Notes: generated from the letters alone by a model not told the origin. Shown: positions 12,739 to 26,352, numbered from the stretch's first letter. The stretch is 64,000 bases of DNA from Nymphaea colorata (GCF_008831285.2 NC_045138.2:23994001-24058000); one strand, 5' to 3'. Translations and numbers: made by a program.

Positions 12739-13301
12739 AATCTGAAATAGAATAGTGCAAGTTGCATCACATTTTCCCTACCTGACAAGATAGCAGTATT
12801 ATTGCTAAAATTCTACCCACAAATCCTAAGAATAAGTTTTCCATCTCTTTATTTTTGTAGTCAAAATTATTTTATTTGTTGCACAAGCATCCGCACACAC
12901 AACGTAAACTAAACATCTCTGGACGCTAGATCTTGTTTAAACAGATCAATCCAATTTACAATTTACCCTATTTTGGCATCTTTGCATATTACCGGGCCTG
13001 TCATAAGAAGAATTATTTATGACAGATTTTTGTGGATGCAATAACTTGTCAAGAAAGAAGGCCGCCTTTGAGGTACCTTTTCTTTTTCACCACAACAGAA
13101 AAAGTACAAAGTTTCTTAAATGTCCTACAATTTTCTGACCTAGAAGGTGCACTTATGCTTGATCTTCTTCAAATCGTCTTCCATTCTTGAACACTCTTCC
13201 CATTCTGGAATGAAACATTAATTTACTCGTCTAATTTAACTGTGTAAGCCTAGACTTGGAACTGGGGAACTTAACTTGACCACTTTGCAAGGTGAATCCC
13301 T

Positions 13302-13338
13302 TAGTTTTTGGATGCATCTTAGATGCATCCAAAAACTA
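13302..13338. repeat. Perfect palindrome with 18-bp arms and a 1-nt spacer
   Basis: TAGTTTTTGGATGCATCT-T-AGATGCATCCAAAAACTA. Confidence 0.95.
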
Positions 13339-13907
13339 TGCAAATTGATCAGCATTATGTCTACAGCATTGGTAGACTAATATCATTAAATATCTTTTCA
13401 TCAAATTGTTCACTCTTCATGTATAGTGGGGGCACAGAGAAAGATTTGCCTGTGCATAATAGTTGCGTATAAATGTCAGAACTCGAGAAACTGGTTTGAT
13501 TTTACCAATTTTTGCAAAGAACCATCTTCCAAGCATCCCAAAAAATAGTTGAAAAGAGAGAAAAAAAAAAGAGTTGAAAAGAGAAAGAGGAGACTGAAAA
13601 GCATCTCACCCTAAGTTTTGGCCCATGCATGATGCATGTATCCCTACTCCATAATCATCCTTTCCAATATCCACCAGTGAAGGCTCTCAAAAAGAATCAA
13701 TTAGGCGATATCTGCCATAGGCAACAAGTGCTTTATTAGACTACCAAGACAAAATAGAGAGTTCCATGTATACATACACACACACGTGTTGCTGATCTTT
13801 CTGCAGAAAAGATCATTGCTCAATGAGAATGTAATGGGCATCATGTCCCAGCAAATCAGCAGCTGTAGGTGGGAGGTGATGCCTACTCGTGGAGTTTGGT
13901 TCTTGCC

Positions 13908-14844
13908 TTACTTTGGCATGAGCCTCTGCATGAGGTATAACATTCCAAGACCAATCAGGATGGCGCCTGTTAGGAAAACAGTGGCAGAGAACAGACCAAA
14001 TGCATAGGGTGTTCAACTGCCTCCTGGTATACCATCCAGATTTACTCCGACGAGCCCAGTGATGATTGAGTGGAAGAGTCCACAGCCTCCAAAAACAGCT
14101 AAATTATGCGTGATCCGGATGCTTTTGACCTGGACAAGAAATATCAATCTACATTCATGATAAAGAAACTATAACTAGGAACGCAACAAAAATTTGGATT
14201 GTCTTCGCACTAGAAACGCAGACATGCATCTATTTCCACAGCAGAAAAGCAAACATACTGCGGGAATACAAACTTGAGAAGAACATACCACTCTCATAAA
14301 ACATTGTTTTCGGGCTTTATCAGCAAGATTTTTCTCAAATATTAAAAGAGTAGTTTTGTTTTTTTTCTCAAAAAGACTTGGGAATTTAAAGATTAAAAAA
14401 ATTATGAAATTAAAATTTCCTTTAATTTTCCTACAAAAACATTAATAAAAAGTCAAAATAATTATTGAAATGTTAAATAAACTTTAAAAAAAGTTATATC
14501 AAAGCACGTTGTTCTTCAAAAAATATAATAATTTATTTTTTATTATTTTTTCAAAACACTGCTATTATTTTCGTGTTTTTCTCGTTTTCCATTTTTAACG
14601 ACACTTTTTGAAAAAAATGGCGACATTTGTACAATGGCTCATAATCACCTGCAGCCTTGCTCCAACGGTGCTCTGCATAACATCTTGAATTGTGAAGAGA
14701 CGAGCTCGAACTGCTTCTTGCTCCTCGTAAAAGCTGAAGTAGCTCGAAAATTATTTCCTCCCAGCGACCATTTCACTCTGATAGCCTATGGTGTTCCAGT
14801 CTTAACAAGAATGACCATTTACAGAACTTGGTATCAAGAACTTG
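13908..14844 (-). pseudogene. CorA/ZntB-like metal transporter family fragment (last two exons, decayed)
   Basis: Exon about 14844-14649 (IRVKWSL..EEIIFELLQLLRG..EQEAVRARLFTIQDVMQSTVGARLQ, with internal deletions) and exon 14129-13908 (SIRITHNLAVFGGCGLFHSIITGLVGVNLDGIPGGS*TPYAFGLFSATVFLTGAILIGLGMLYL). GxN-type motif between two hydrophobic helices; in-frame stop. Confidence 0.8.
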
Positions 14845-15154
14845 CTGAAAATCTTCAGCTTCTAGATTAATACGAGAATCATGCTAGGCATAGTTTATTC
14901 TGAAAAGCTTTCCTTCATCTCCAATCTCTAAATAACTTAATACCAATTAATCCATTCTCCCTAGGTACTACTACACGAGCTTAGTTGTGCATAACTTTAA
15001 AAACTCAAATTGACGGAGAGAATATGAACGGGAACATGCGCTACTACGTGAGCTTATAACTTTCAAAACTCAAATAGACAGAGAGAATATGAATGAAAGG
15101 GAACATGTTGGCACTCGTTAGCTATATCCTACATAAACAATGGTCAAATAACAA

Positions 15155-15182
15155 TATATATATATTTATACACACACACACG

Positions 15183-15268
<86 letters not shown>
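15155..15268. repeat. Compound (TA)/(CA)/(TA)/(GA) microsatellite
   Basis: Seen directly. Confidence 0.95.
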
Positions 15269-15270
<2 letters not shown>

Positions 15271-15304
15271 CACCTTATCATTGTCATCTTCAGTCGACTT
15301 TGCA

Positions 15305-15680
15305 GAATCAATATATTTTCAATCTGTGGATTTAAAGGCAGAAAAGGAAAAGGAATACGGGCAGCAAGCAGAGAAGGAGAAACTCCCATTCAAGGCAGTG
15401 GTTCAGTTGGAAGAGATGCATGCCAATTGCCACATGCTCGGTGCTTCTGAAGGAGGCGGAGGAGAAATTGGAGAAGCTCTACTCTGCGGAAGGGAATAGT
15501 TCTAAGTTCATGCCTGTTGAGGATGAGGTCAATGGAGAAGTTATTAGCATACTGCGTGAAGCGTCGGAGAAAAATTATGTCATAAATTTGCAATTCTCTA
15601 GTCAGACCTCCCCTTCTTCTTACTTGAGATCCAGAAATTGAAGGCACAATGGTGGTCTTGAAACCCATGCTTCTCATATA
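15305..15680 (+). pseudogene. PIRL-like: Plant intracellular Ras-group-related LRR protein fragment (coiled-coil region before the LRRs)
   Basis: AEKEKLPFKAVVQLEEMH, frameshift, then LLKEAEEKLEKLY...EDEVNGEVISILREAS. Resembles the recalled PIRL segment YKAVVQLEEMH..EEVNEEVVGILQEA. No start codon and no LRR exons. Confidence 0.75.
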
Positions 15681-16841
15681 TACGATTTATTAAAAACTAT
15701 AGGTTTAAAGTTAAATTAGCCCCTCATAATCTAAAATCAGGAATAATCAAACGCCCTATTCATTCAACCATCTGGCCAAGAAAAGGGTCCAGCAGGATGA
15801 GCCCTGGTCACTTATAAGTCTCTGCTTTTTGCGAAAAGGCCCTCTTAATTTTGCCAAAAGACCCCGGAGTCTGTTACACTGTATGCTTGTCTTGAAGCTT
15901 TCTTAAAGGAGGAGCCTTTAGGACCAGAACATATGTGGTAGGCAAGCCCAACATATGTTAAATATTTGTTTTGTAGCTCTTGCTGGTTCCTGTAGTTGGT
16001 GATATTGTATAATACGGGTTGTCTATCAATCTAGTGAGTGTTCTTTGCAGGTAAGTTGAAAATGATGCACAGGCAAGCCAGCAAGAAATTAGACCTATGG
16101 AGGCTCCCGTGGTTCTTGTGATTCACCTTTGTCCTCCATGTTTTGTTTTGATAGAGTCCAGCAAACCCGGGACAACCGCAGGCCCTGGTCAGGAGATTAA
16201 CCGTAAGTACAGTGTCAATCTGTAACTCAGATCTTCAAATATTTTGACTTACTAAATTTACCCGAGTATGTGGTGAATGTCATGTCAGCACCACAATCAA
16301 ACATGTCTATTTCAAATCTAAGCAGATCCACCCCTGGAAGCGTTTTTGGAAGTAATACTGCTCTGTTTAAGAATCTACCTAAGCCCCTTGTTCCTCGTCG
16401 CCCCTCAAGCCACTACTAGCATGGCGATGCTGGGACAATAATTTAAAATAAAAATGCATCGATGAATGCGTGTTGGAGGAGTTTTCTTCTCTTCCAGTTC
16501 CCCATCGATCCAACGCACGATGAAACTAAAAAATGTGAAGAGAAAATTGAAAGACATCTACAGGAAACTGCGGATTCACGACGCAAGGAGTGCGGACGTA
16601 CGTTTGGATCTTGAAAAGCCAGCAAGCAAACAGGAGAAGGCATACAAAGGTGCAGTGTTGACACTGCATACCAAATAGGCACGTACATCCACCGAAAGAG
16701 CAATTGTCTTTCTGTATTAAAGAGCATATGGATCAAGCAATTCAGGCATGCATTCCAGCGATACTAATTACTGGAGACGAGGAGAATGAAGCAAACGAGA
16801 TAGAAACAGAGTCCATAAGTCACTGAATGCCCCTGCGCACA

Positions 16842-16918
16842 CATCTTAACTCGTGGTTACGTCAGTATATACCCCTCCGCACGCATCTTAACTCGTGGTT
16901 ACGTCAGTATATACCCCT
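16842..16918. repeat. 35-bp direct duplication
   Basis: CATCTTAACTCGTGGTTACGTCAGTATATACCCCT occurs at 16842 and 16884. Confidence 0.9.
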
Positions 16919-17729
16919 TGCTTTTTTTGTTGGTTTTTAAATTTAAGAGTGATTTAGTTTCTTTTTATTTTTAAAGACTGCTACCTCCGCCCAGTGAAGA
17001 TACATAACTTTTTATAAGAACCTATTGTTTTGTTTTGTTCGTCTCCAAATCCCAAGAAAGATTTACCTTTTCTCCATTTTCATAAACTGCTACCTCCGCG
17101 TGCCTGCAGCACTGTTGGCCACAGGTTAATATCTCTCCATTCCTTTTTTCCCTTTTGTCCCCGTTTGGCAGCGACTTCGTTGCTTCAGATTGAACCCATC
17201 TCAAATTTCTGCTCCTGCATCGGCGTTGCAGCTGTACAAGGTTTCATCTGGACTCTTTTTGATCTTGCAAGTTCTTCTGTGAGTAAGGCTTTGTAGATTC
17301 TGCATTACCGCAACCGCATAACTCTCCAAAAGGTCTCTCTCCCTCTTTTTTTCTCATAATCTGCATGGTTTTCTACGCGATTTTCCCTGTTGGACCGAGA
17401 AAATCGAGCATTTCTGAGGAAGGAACGGGGAAGAGGTGAACTCTTACTCCAGTTTTTTCGTTTTCCTGTAACGTCGCCGCCCTCTCTCTCTCTCTCGTTC
17501 ACCATAGAAGGAACGGGGAAGAAGACATGGAAAATTTTTAAAAACCGACTTCCACATTTCCCATGTGGTACTGAAAAAAGGGGAAATAAGAAAAATACAG
17601 AAGCTGCAGAGCAGGAATTCATTTGAAGAATGCCATGAAATCGAGCATTTCTGAGCAAGACATTTTCACTGGGGAAACCCGGAACCTTCTGTTCAGACTT
17701 GTTACGTCCGTCGGTTCTAGGGTTGGACT

Positions 17730-18013
17730 TCCAGGCGATGTATGTTTTTTCATCAACGTCCACTTTTGGTTGTGTAAAAGTTACACAGCAGCATAAGGAA
17801 CAATAGTTCCTGTTTCATGTTTATTTACAATTTTTAGGCCTATTTACTATTTTACTGCCTGAAAATTGCAGTCACAGTCCTATACTTCAAAACGCAATAA
17901 TGTTTTATGCTGCAATGAAAACGATTGTTTTTTATGCTGTAACTTTTAAACCCTTGAGAAAGAGATGTCCACGACTAAAAGTGGACTTGATGAAGAAACA
18001 CACATCCCGTGGA
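17730..18013. repeat. Imperfect fold-back (inverted repeat), possibly a MITE
   Basis: 17730-17774 is approximately the reverse complement of 17970-18013. Inner arms at about 17775-17818 and 17911-17950 (TAAAAGTTACA..CAGCATAA) also pair. Confidence 0.65.
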
Positions 18014-19704
18014 CTTATGAAAAAGCGCACATCCCGTGGAAGCTTTTGATGGGAATTGAAAGTGCAGGAATAGATGGAACAGATGCCGATAAAGGGAGAT
18101 GGTGGGGGACAGGAGAAGAGTATTCCACCAGATAAAGCAAAGTAAGCAAAATTAATTAACTGTCTATTTATCAGGTATTCAGAATCAGTTTTGATCCTCT
18201 CCCCACATGCAGGGATTTCTTATTGAGCATAAACGGGTTGGGACTCAAAGAGTGTTGAGTGTGTACGCTTATTGTCTCTTCAGCAGCTTGCATTTCCTGC
18301 AAAAGATATCTTACATAACCTACTTAATAGATTTTGATAACTTGATGGGTTCTCATATATTTTTAACTTTTTTTTTATCTGCGACCAGGTTGGCTCAAAT
18401 GTTGGCCGGATATGCGTGCGGCTTGGTTGGGTGCCACTGCAGCCACTACCAGAATCACTTCAACTTCATCTTCTGGAACTGTGAGAAAAAAATTGTCTAT
18501 GCGACATCCTTAGGGTGGAATTGCATTTAAGGGAAAAGGAATTTTTCATGGGTCAATGATATCGTTAAAGGAAGTCAAGTGAAAGCATGCATATGTATAA
18601 GTTTTGCAATTTTTGTCATTCAAATATTTTCAATTTTGTAACCTAGACCAGATTATTGAACCAGAGGAGCATAAGATTAGTCAATGAATGTGTATAGCTG
18701 ACTTGTACGAAGTTGAGTTTGGATTTCCATGGATTTAGCTTCACCTAAAAAAATCTCACTTTAAGTTGGTTTTGCTTAAATATGGTAGTCAAGCTTCAAT
18801 AACCAAAACCATTCATTGTTCATATTGACATATGAGATGTTGTTTGAGATCGAATTGTGATGCATCAATTGATATTTCACTAGTAACCATAGTTTATGAG
18901 CAGCCTACACTACCGACCCAATTAATTGGGACAAGTGCATGAAACAAAAACAAAGCTATGTCCATTTCTTAAGCCATAGGTCCAACTCCAACTAGGAACC
19001 ATTAATAAATATAGTAGCATGGTTTCATAGGTCCGCTTAAACTTGTTATGAGAATAATAATTCTTCTAAAGAACAACATAGGAAAGAGCAACTTATCACC
19101 TTGCATTGCATTCTTTAAGAATATTAAACCGTTTCTCATTTAATAATTAACAACCACGTTCAACATGAGAACCTCAATTAATCTAATATTAATGTGTTTT
19201 TCGCCATCTCTCCCCTAAAATGATATTTAAGAGGAAAATTTAAAAAAAAGGGTAATAGCAATCAAAGTTGATAGTAGTTATTTTATGTTTCAATCAGCAT
19301 TTTGTTTGTCGATGGACTCTTTGACTCTTAGGTTTTACTTGCGTCCTTAATTTCTCAGGACACAAAATACGAGAGGAAATTGGAGGAAATGAGCAAAATG
19401 TGAAGCAGGAATACGTCCCGTCTGGAAACAAAAGTGGTTGTATACACCCCTGTGCACCCCAGTGCATAATTTGAAGGAGAATGCTTTTGCTAATACAAAG
19501 AAGGGAACACCGAAAAAGTAAAAAGATTCCTTTTTCAATTTACATATAAAGTTTTAAAATCTTCATTTGAAAATTTTGAAAAATAATATTTTGACGTCTG
19601 TCAAAATTTTGAATTTGGCTGAAAAAGTCATGTTTCCGCCCTTCTCTACTTCCACCTTTTTCTTTTGGGTGCACATTTGCTGCTTGCACAGGGTGGTGCA
19701 CGCA

Positions 19705-21715
19705 GCTCATTCTCCTCTAAGAAGGTAGGTAACGTCTTCTTCCTGATGACATGTGTCTCTGTTGCCCGTCCGTGAAGCTACCTGTCATGCACATGGGTAC
19801 TATGTCTTTTGTATGTCTCAAAATTCAATACTTCATATATTTTTTTTATACAAATACAAGCACCATCGTTACAGCCTATTTGTTTTAGTTTAGGTGGCGT
19901 CCGGAATATTCAACACTCTAAGTCTTGGAAGCAATCATGGCTCTACGTTAACAACTAATTAGCAAAATCTGATTTTCTAAGAGCTGCTGCGCTCGATCAC
20001 CGGCTCTCGATATGCCTCAGTCCAGTGATACAGTGATCAGCAGACAGAAAATATCACATGAATTGCAGAGAGCTAGTGGAGGTAATTCACCCGGGAGATT
20101 TGTAACCCAATTTCAGTGATAGAAATCGGGGATGCACTGCCGTTTCACAGCTGAGCTAGAGCGACAGGTCTTCACCGTCAGTCAGTGAAGATGAGATCTC
20201 CCGTCAGGTGCCGTCGTTAATGCTCGAACAGGCGATGCTCAAGACAGAACTACAAGAATGATGTGTTTAGCATTTTCAGCTTACAAAACTTTGGATTTAA
20301 GGTTCAAATAATTATCATAACTTTTTCTTTGCTCGTATTTTTTTCTTGGGACAATAAGCATCTAATTTTATGGTTAGGTTGCTTAGAGAAAAAGTCAATA
20401 ATATTAGACAACTAGGTAAAAGTTTTCTACAAATATAAAATCGTATTTCTGTTTATGATGATCATTCGTTACCAATAGATGTTTGAACCATATACTTATA
20501 TGATTAAAATTATAACTCCTTAAAGAGTGAAATATTCATGAAACTTTTGAGTCATTGGCTTTCAAATCCTTCAAAGGTAATGGGTACTATACGGAAATGA
20601 GTTGCGTCAGTGTTGACATTTACATTATATGGGTGTCATGTGAGGGATCGAGTTGTGTACCTTTGCATGCAGCAGCAAATATGGACTAAAAAAAAAGGGA
20701 GGTTGGGATATTTTAAAATTTTTCTTATAAAAGTATGCACATTTTCACACCTTTGTGCATGTACAGGAGTGATAGACCGATAAATTTTGGCTTGAGTCTG
20801 GGTCAAATTTTATTTTAAAAGAAAGAAAATGTTTACGACAGTCGATGGTGGCGAGAGAGAGAGAGAGAGAGAGAGAGGGCTGGTGTTGAAGGTCAGAGAG
20901 TCCACAAGTTGTTTCCATGCAAATTTAATTTTGAGTTTCTAATGTAAAAATTTGATGTTGTAAGAGTGGGCATATTTTTTGAATGAGTCAAAAGGCTTAG
21001 ATTTGTTAGATTGTTTTTTCTCCAAGAAACATGCATGTTCTCACGCTTTGCATCTCATATTTGTTCCATGTTTTTGGTTTGTCAACAATGTGTCAATGTG
21101 ACTATTATATTTGAGTTGCGAAATAATGTTTTCCTGATTATTACCGAAATACATGTGCAGTTGGTTTTTCAAGTTTAAAGATCGATTTTGTTTATTTTAT
21201 TTTTATTATGCAATTGAGCTATGTTACGATGAGATTTTTTAATTTCCACATGTAAGGTATTGTTAAGACGGGTGGATTTCACAAGAATTTTTATGTAAGC
21301 ATGCATGAAAGATTATTAACGCGAGTTCTTTTTTTTGTATTGTTTTTTATTTATAGATTAGTTATTTTAATTTTTCTCTTTCAAAATTTTCACTAATTTT
21401 GTGCATATTATATACTTTAACATATCGATCCTGACGTTTATGTTTCAATTCCTAGATGCTTACGCTCACCTCATGACAGGCTTAATGCTTCGCCTCACCA
21501 CGTTGCATTTAAGAACATGCGATAAAGAAAATGCATCTAAACTCAAATCACTCGCAAGATTATATCAATAATTAAGGTTGGGCTACAAAAAATATTTTGA
21601 TAATCTACTCTAATGAGTTTACTTTGCTGCCTGACCTATTATATACATAATATGTGTATGTGGAGAGGGAGAGAGAGAGTTGATGTGGTTGTTTCTTGCT
21701 GCGGTAGAAAGAGCT
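19705..21715 (+). pseudogene. Decayed upstream partial duplicate of the AP2 gene (end of exon 6, intron 6, start of exon 7)
   Basis: CTAAGAAG|GTAGGT at about 19717-19730 mirrors 29818-29831. 19885-20520 aligns with 30285-30635, 21000-21265 aligns with 31350-31605, and 21670-21714 (GTTGATGTGGTTGTTTC..GCGGTAG|AAAGAGC) mirrors the exon 7 acceptor at 32039-32075. Confidence 0.8.
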
Positions 21716-21948
21716 CATGCTTCTGCATGCTGAATTTCACCTTCCAGGATCAAGCGAAAATTCTCAGGGCTCATAAGAAAAAAGCATTCATGAAATGGCA
21801 CGACATGGACAATAACAAAAAAGCCTAGACATTGGTCAGTAGCCGCGACTTTTACTTGGCATGAACTGAAAAAAAGATAACTCTCTTGTAAAGTATGGTT
21901 ACATAAAGTATAGTGAGACAACGAAAGTCTGCAGATTCATAGTCTTAC

Positions 21949-22080
21949 CAGGAACTTCAAGAATGAAACATCCCCATCTTCAGGGCCAAATCCATGAAGA
22001 TCAAAGATGCCCGGACTTTCTTCTTTCCCAGCGGCAATCTATTGAGGATCTTTCAATCAAAAGACACAAAGCTTTTCACT
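21949..22080 (-). pseudogene. Sec14/CRAL-TRIO lipid-binding protein exon, decayed
   Basis: AG/GT-bounded segment reading EKLCVF..LIER..AGKEESPGIFDLHGFGPEDGDVSFLKFL with frameshifts. Resembles the recalled plant CRAL-TRIO segment EKLCVFLIEK..GKEQILGIFDLRGFG.EN.DL.FL.FL. Confidence 0.6.
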
Positions 22081-22419
22081 CTGCAAAGGATCATGCTTTC
22101 TATTAAAAAAAAAGGAAGAACAAGGTTATAACAGGCGACATAAAGAAAACAAGAAAATTCACAAGAAATTATTCAATGTAAATTCTACATTCAGTTAAAT
22201 CCTATGTCACACAAACTCCTTAGAAAAGGGGCAGCACAGCATCGACACGATGTGGATGCAGGTGTGGACCTGGTTACGCCTCTGACACACACTCCAACCA
22301 CACCTTCTCTTATTCATATTCAAAAATTTTACCATTCTTTTTTTTTCTCTTTCCCCCTCTCTTTTTTTTTATGTATAGTAATGAAAGCAAAAAAGAAAGG
22401 ACAAATCAAGCTAAGAAAC

Positions 22420-22453
<34 letters not shown>

Positions 22454-24472
22454 CTTGGCTGCAGCTAACATCAAAATTTTTTGCACCCACACCCGGCACT
22501 CAAGTGACATAGGTTAAATATGCGCAGCTAAGAAAGAAAAAAACCTAAAAGAAACTCTGAGATACCAGAGAATATGAAGCAGAAAACCATGGGACCTGTT
22601 ACAACCAATTCCTTGTATCTTATTTTCTAAGTTGGGCATGTCTGCAAACACTTAACAAAGTGGAAGTTCCCCAATATTTCAAGAATGGACATTAAATCTA
22701 ATAAGCTTTTTCAAGTGATCCGAAACTTGAAGAAGTGATAGTGGATACCATGAACTTCCATGCTAGTTGAGAATATATATGCATGTCTGCCCACATGAGC
22801 ATGATATCGTGTTGCTTTCTTTTACAGGGATGGGATGGTCAAACCTTTTCAAGCGACTGATGTGAAATTAAAGATTAGCAATTATATAGCATCAGGAAAA
22901 AAGCAGAGAGTTTTGATCCCTCGTAGAGCATAAGTCAATGACAATTTGTTTTTTAGCATAAATCCATGCATATGTTGTCTGTCATGATACAAGTTCCAGA
23001 AGAACCGTATCCTCAAAAAGGCTGGTTTAAAGCACCACTAATAATTTGCCGAGTTCCAGGTCAGTCAAGTGGGCTTGCTGACTTGCATTATGTGTGAGTT
23101 AATTAAGTGGCAATTTGTGAGAGACAACTGAGTTAAGGATTGGTTCAGGATTTACGGTACACCTTTCAACTCGAGTGTTGCACATGCTATCATTTACATA
23201 AGAGTATCACTCATTAGAATCAAATTGACTCTAGACTCCAAACAACTTGCTGACCTTACCAATTATGATGGGGCCCTCTGAACTGTCAGTTAATTAAGTT
23301 ACCAGCCTCCTTTTATTGTTTAAAAAAATGCTTACTCTATACACCATATGATACGGGCTAGTTCCCTCGGTCATGTCCACGCTAGCTTGGATGACTAAGA
23401 CCAGTGTTAGGCACTCCTATCAGATAGAATCCAAAAGTTAAAGTTCTGCTTCTGATACCCAAGCCTGTCCAAGCGATCGTGCTCAATCAACACTCCTTTA
23501 AAATTCTACAGCATCCACTTGACTATATTGAATTGTGAAGTTCGTTAAATCTACGCACATCCTTTCATGAACTGCAATAGATGCCACTAAAATTTCTCAC
23601 ATTCTAACAAACAAGGCGAAGAGTGGGTTGTTTGATCGACAGAAACTAATTTCAAGCACAACTACATCTCTTTTAATTGCTATCTAAAGTTAAATTGTCT
23701 AAATGATGAAGGTTTTAATAAGAAAACTCAGTGAATGAAAAACCCCAGCCTTCCGTTTAACATTAGCCATGATCATGCACCAACGCTTTTTAGTGGGAGC
23801 AGGTTAGCCAACTCACTTTGGCAGTCCGAGTTGATATAGAAGGATGGCATGCAAGCGGCGCAGCGGCGGAGCAAAAAATTTTGGTTGGAGAAGCATTAAT
23901 GGAACACTTCCATGCTTAGAGAGGCACCAGCATATATAAATAGTCAAATAATTGAATGCAGCAATGTAAAAATAAATGTACGTTGTAGGGTTCGTGTGGG
24001 CAATTGCCCACACACAGAGAGAGAGACTAAGTGCATACAGAAACGGCATACATAGACAGAGGCAGCCTAAGTGCATACAGAAACGGTAACGTCCTAGACG
24101 GGTGATTTCTAGGAAAAAGCTACACTGCAGACACTCCGACTCTCTCCCTCTTCTCTCTCTCTCTCACGCTCTCGCTTTTCCTCCATTGCGGAAAACATGA
24201 ACCGGGAAAATCAGTGGAAAGATATAAAAAGCACCCACATTCTAGAGATAAAAGACAACAAATCTGTACTTCGTTTTTTCTTTTAAATTTTGACACCTTT
24301 TTTCTTCTTTTGGAGATAAAATTTCTGAAGTTTGACAGCAAGAAGCGGCAGGAAAACGAAAGTGTGGAGAAGAAGCATGTACGTGGAAAAATCATACGGA
24401 AAACGAAGGAAGAAGAGGGAAAGATAAAACGCAGATGCAGCGGAGGAGGAGAGAGGTAAGGGATGGAGTTAC

Positions 24473-24661
24473 ACACTCGGCCTTCCCACCCTGGAGGCCG
24501 GAATTGGCACGCGGCGTGACGCGCTGGGTGCTGAGAGAGGTAGCCAGATCTCTGAACCTCGAAGAAGAGGATATTGCTCTTGCTCAGGGCCTGTCCGTAG
24601 TCATGCCCATGCACCCGCGCGGCAACGCCACCACCAAGAAATGCAAGAAACAGACAGCCAT
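24473..24661 (-). pseudogene. Glycoside hydrolase family 9 endoglucanase, isolated first exon
   Basis: Signal-peptide-like MAVCFLHFLVVALP, then GHDYGQALSKSNILFFEVQRSGYL, then TQRVTPRANSGLQGGKAEC|GT across two frameshifts. The expected exon 2 (VDLVGGYYDAGD) was not found. Confidence 0.85.
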
Positions 24662-25126
24662 TAGTATCCCCTCCAAACTTCTTCCCTCTCTCTGCAACTC
24701 ACTCTTCTTCACTACAAAGCCCCTAAGGAAAAGAAAAAGAACTAACGAAGGAGAAGAAGAGGAGGAAACCACTTAAGAAGTTCACCAATGTCGATTTCCC
24801 TCGAGGGTAGTGGCCGAATGGGAGGAGCTGAACATCTCTGTATATGGAGAAGAGGAAAGAGATCTGTGTAACAAGTTGGGAGAGAAAAAGCCATAACCCG
24901 CTTTGATCTGAAAGGGCACGTCCATTAACGGGAGTTCTTATTTCGTATATAACCGAAAACGAAAGGACACGTCCTTTAACGAAAAACCAGCGACCGAGTT
25001 ATTGTTTCGAATATAACGGAAAATGAGAACGAGGAAAAGGTTTCGACTTGTTTGTTTATGGAGGAGTTGTAGATGGACTGCCGGAGACAAGTGTTACAGT
25101 CCAGGTAACACCTCCAATCTCCCTAG

Positions 25127-25129
<3 letters not shown>

Positions 25130-25192
<63 letters not shown>
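25130..25192. repeat. (GA)n microsatellite about 1.2 kb upstream of the AP2 gene
   Basis: Long GA run seen directly. Confidence 0.95.
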
Positions 25193-25195
<3 letters not shown>

Positions 25196-26352
25196 CAGGC
25201 CAAAATCAACCCAGAACTTCCACCGGCGGGACACGGCGGAGGTCGCTCATCGGAAATTGCCAGCGGTGAGTTATTTGCATCTTCCCGTCGAGGCAAGGAA
25301 AAAGACGAACTGAGTTTTTTCCGCTATGCAAAAAGAAAGTCGCCCTGCAAACGTTTTCACTCGATACGCACCCATGGTTACCCCCCATTAATCCAAAAAA
25401 CTTTTTTCTGAACATCTACTATATCCCAAACCTCTTGGAAAAATTTAATCAAAAGTACTTCTTTTGTGGTGTCTGAAGAACGATCAAGTAAAACGATGAA
25501 AATATGAATGATTTCAAAAGGAAACCTATATATCCACAATCTACATCGATGGAGGACCATTTTCTCTCTCTGGCCTTCTTTCCAGCACTTGAAACCTGTT
25601 CCTCCCAGAATAGAACTGAGACTGAATCCTCCTCCCTTAGTAGAAGGGTTTCTATATCTGGACGAAGACCGTTCTCGGATAGAATCTGCTTCCCTTCCCC
25701 TTTCTGAGGGTTAAGCTATCTTCCCTCCAACTTTGGCTTCATTTGCTACATGAATATTTTCATTTCTCATGTTGATATACACACATTTGTCCTGATCTGT
25801 CTGTATTTGAAATTCCCACACAAAGTTAGCTGATGCCCACGTATGAAAGTGTTCAAAATTTCAATTTAGATGTTGATACCCTTTGGATGGTCTTCGGGAG
25901 ACAGCCATTACGATATTTCACTACCTTCAATACACACACATATATATATCTATTCAAATATATATTGAAGAAGCATGGTAGTGAAATATTGCAATGGCTG
26001 TTCGAAGATTGTAGTAAGATTTGCTTCAGATTCTTTCTTGTAATACGCCTGTGCTTAAGCAGCAAAGGGAATCCAAAAATAATCTCTCTAAATCTCTTCT
26101 CTCTCTCTCCATGTGGGTGCGTGTGGGTGCATGCGTGTGTGAGAGAGAGGGTGTAAATCAACAATTTTACATTTTTTCTCTTCATTGCCATAAGGATCTC
26201 GTGGTCTCTTTCCAAGAGTGCTCTAACTCAAAGCCTTCACTCAGTTTCCATATATACAGCGTGAGCCAGCAAGGAGGAGTCTAGCCCTTTATTGGCATTC
26301 CTCCTCCCTCACCAGTCACCACCACCATCATCGTCTGCTTTCACCAACCACA

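Noticed and set aside
16051..16830. Exon-like segments with splice signals (also 7310-7365, 10817-10884, 13140-13205, 18050-18480)
   Set aside because: Probably more gene fragments, but no recognisable motifs, so they were not annotated.
23445..23462. PBS-like sequence (GCTTCTGATACC)
   Set aside because: Imperfect match with no adjoining LTR pair or gag remnant.
25378..25714. Possible organellar insertion or coding fragment upstream of the AP2 gene
   Set aside because: Looks coding-like in several frames but no family could be recognised.
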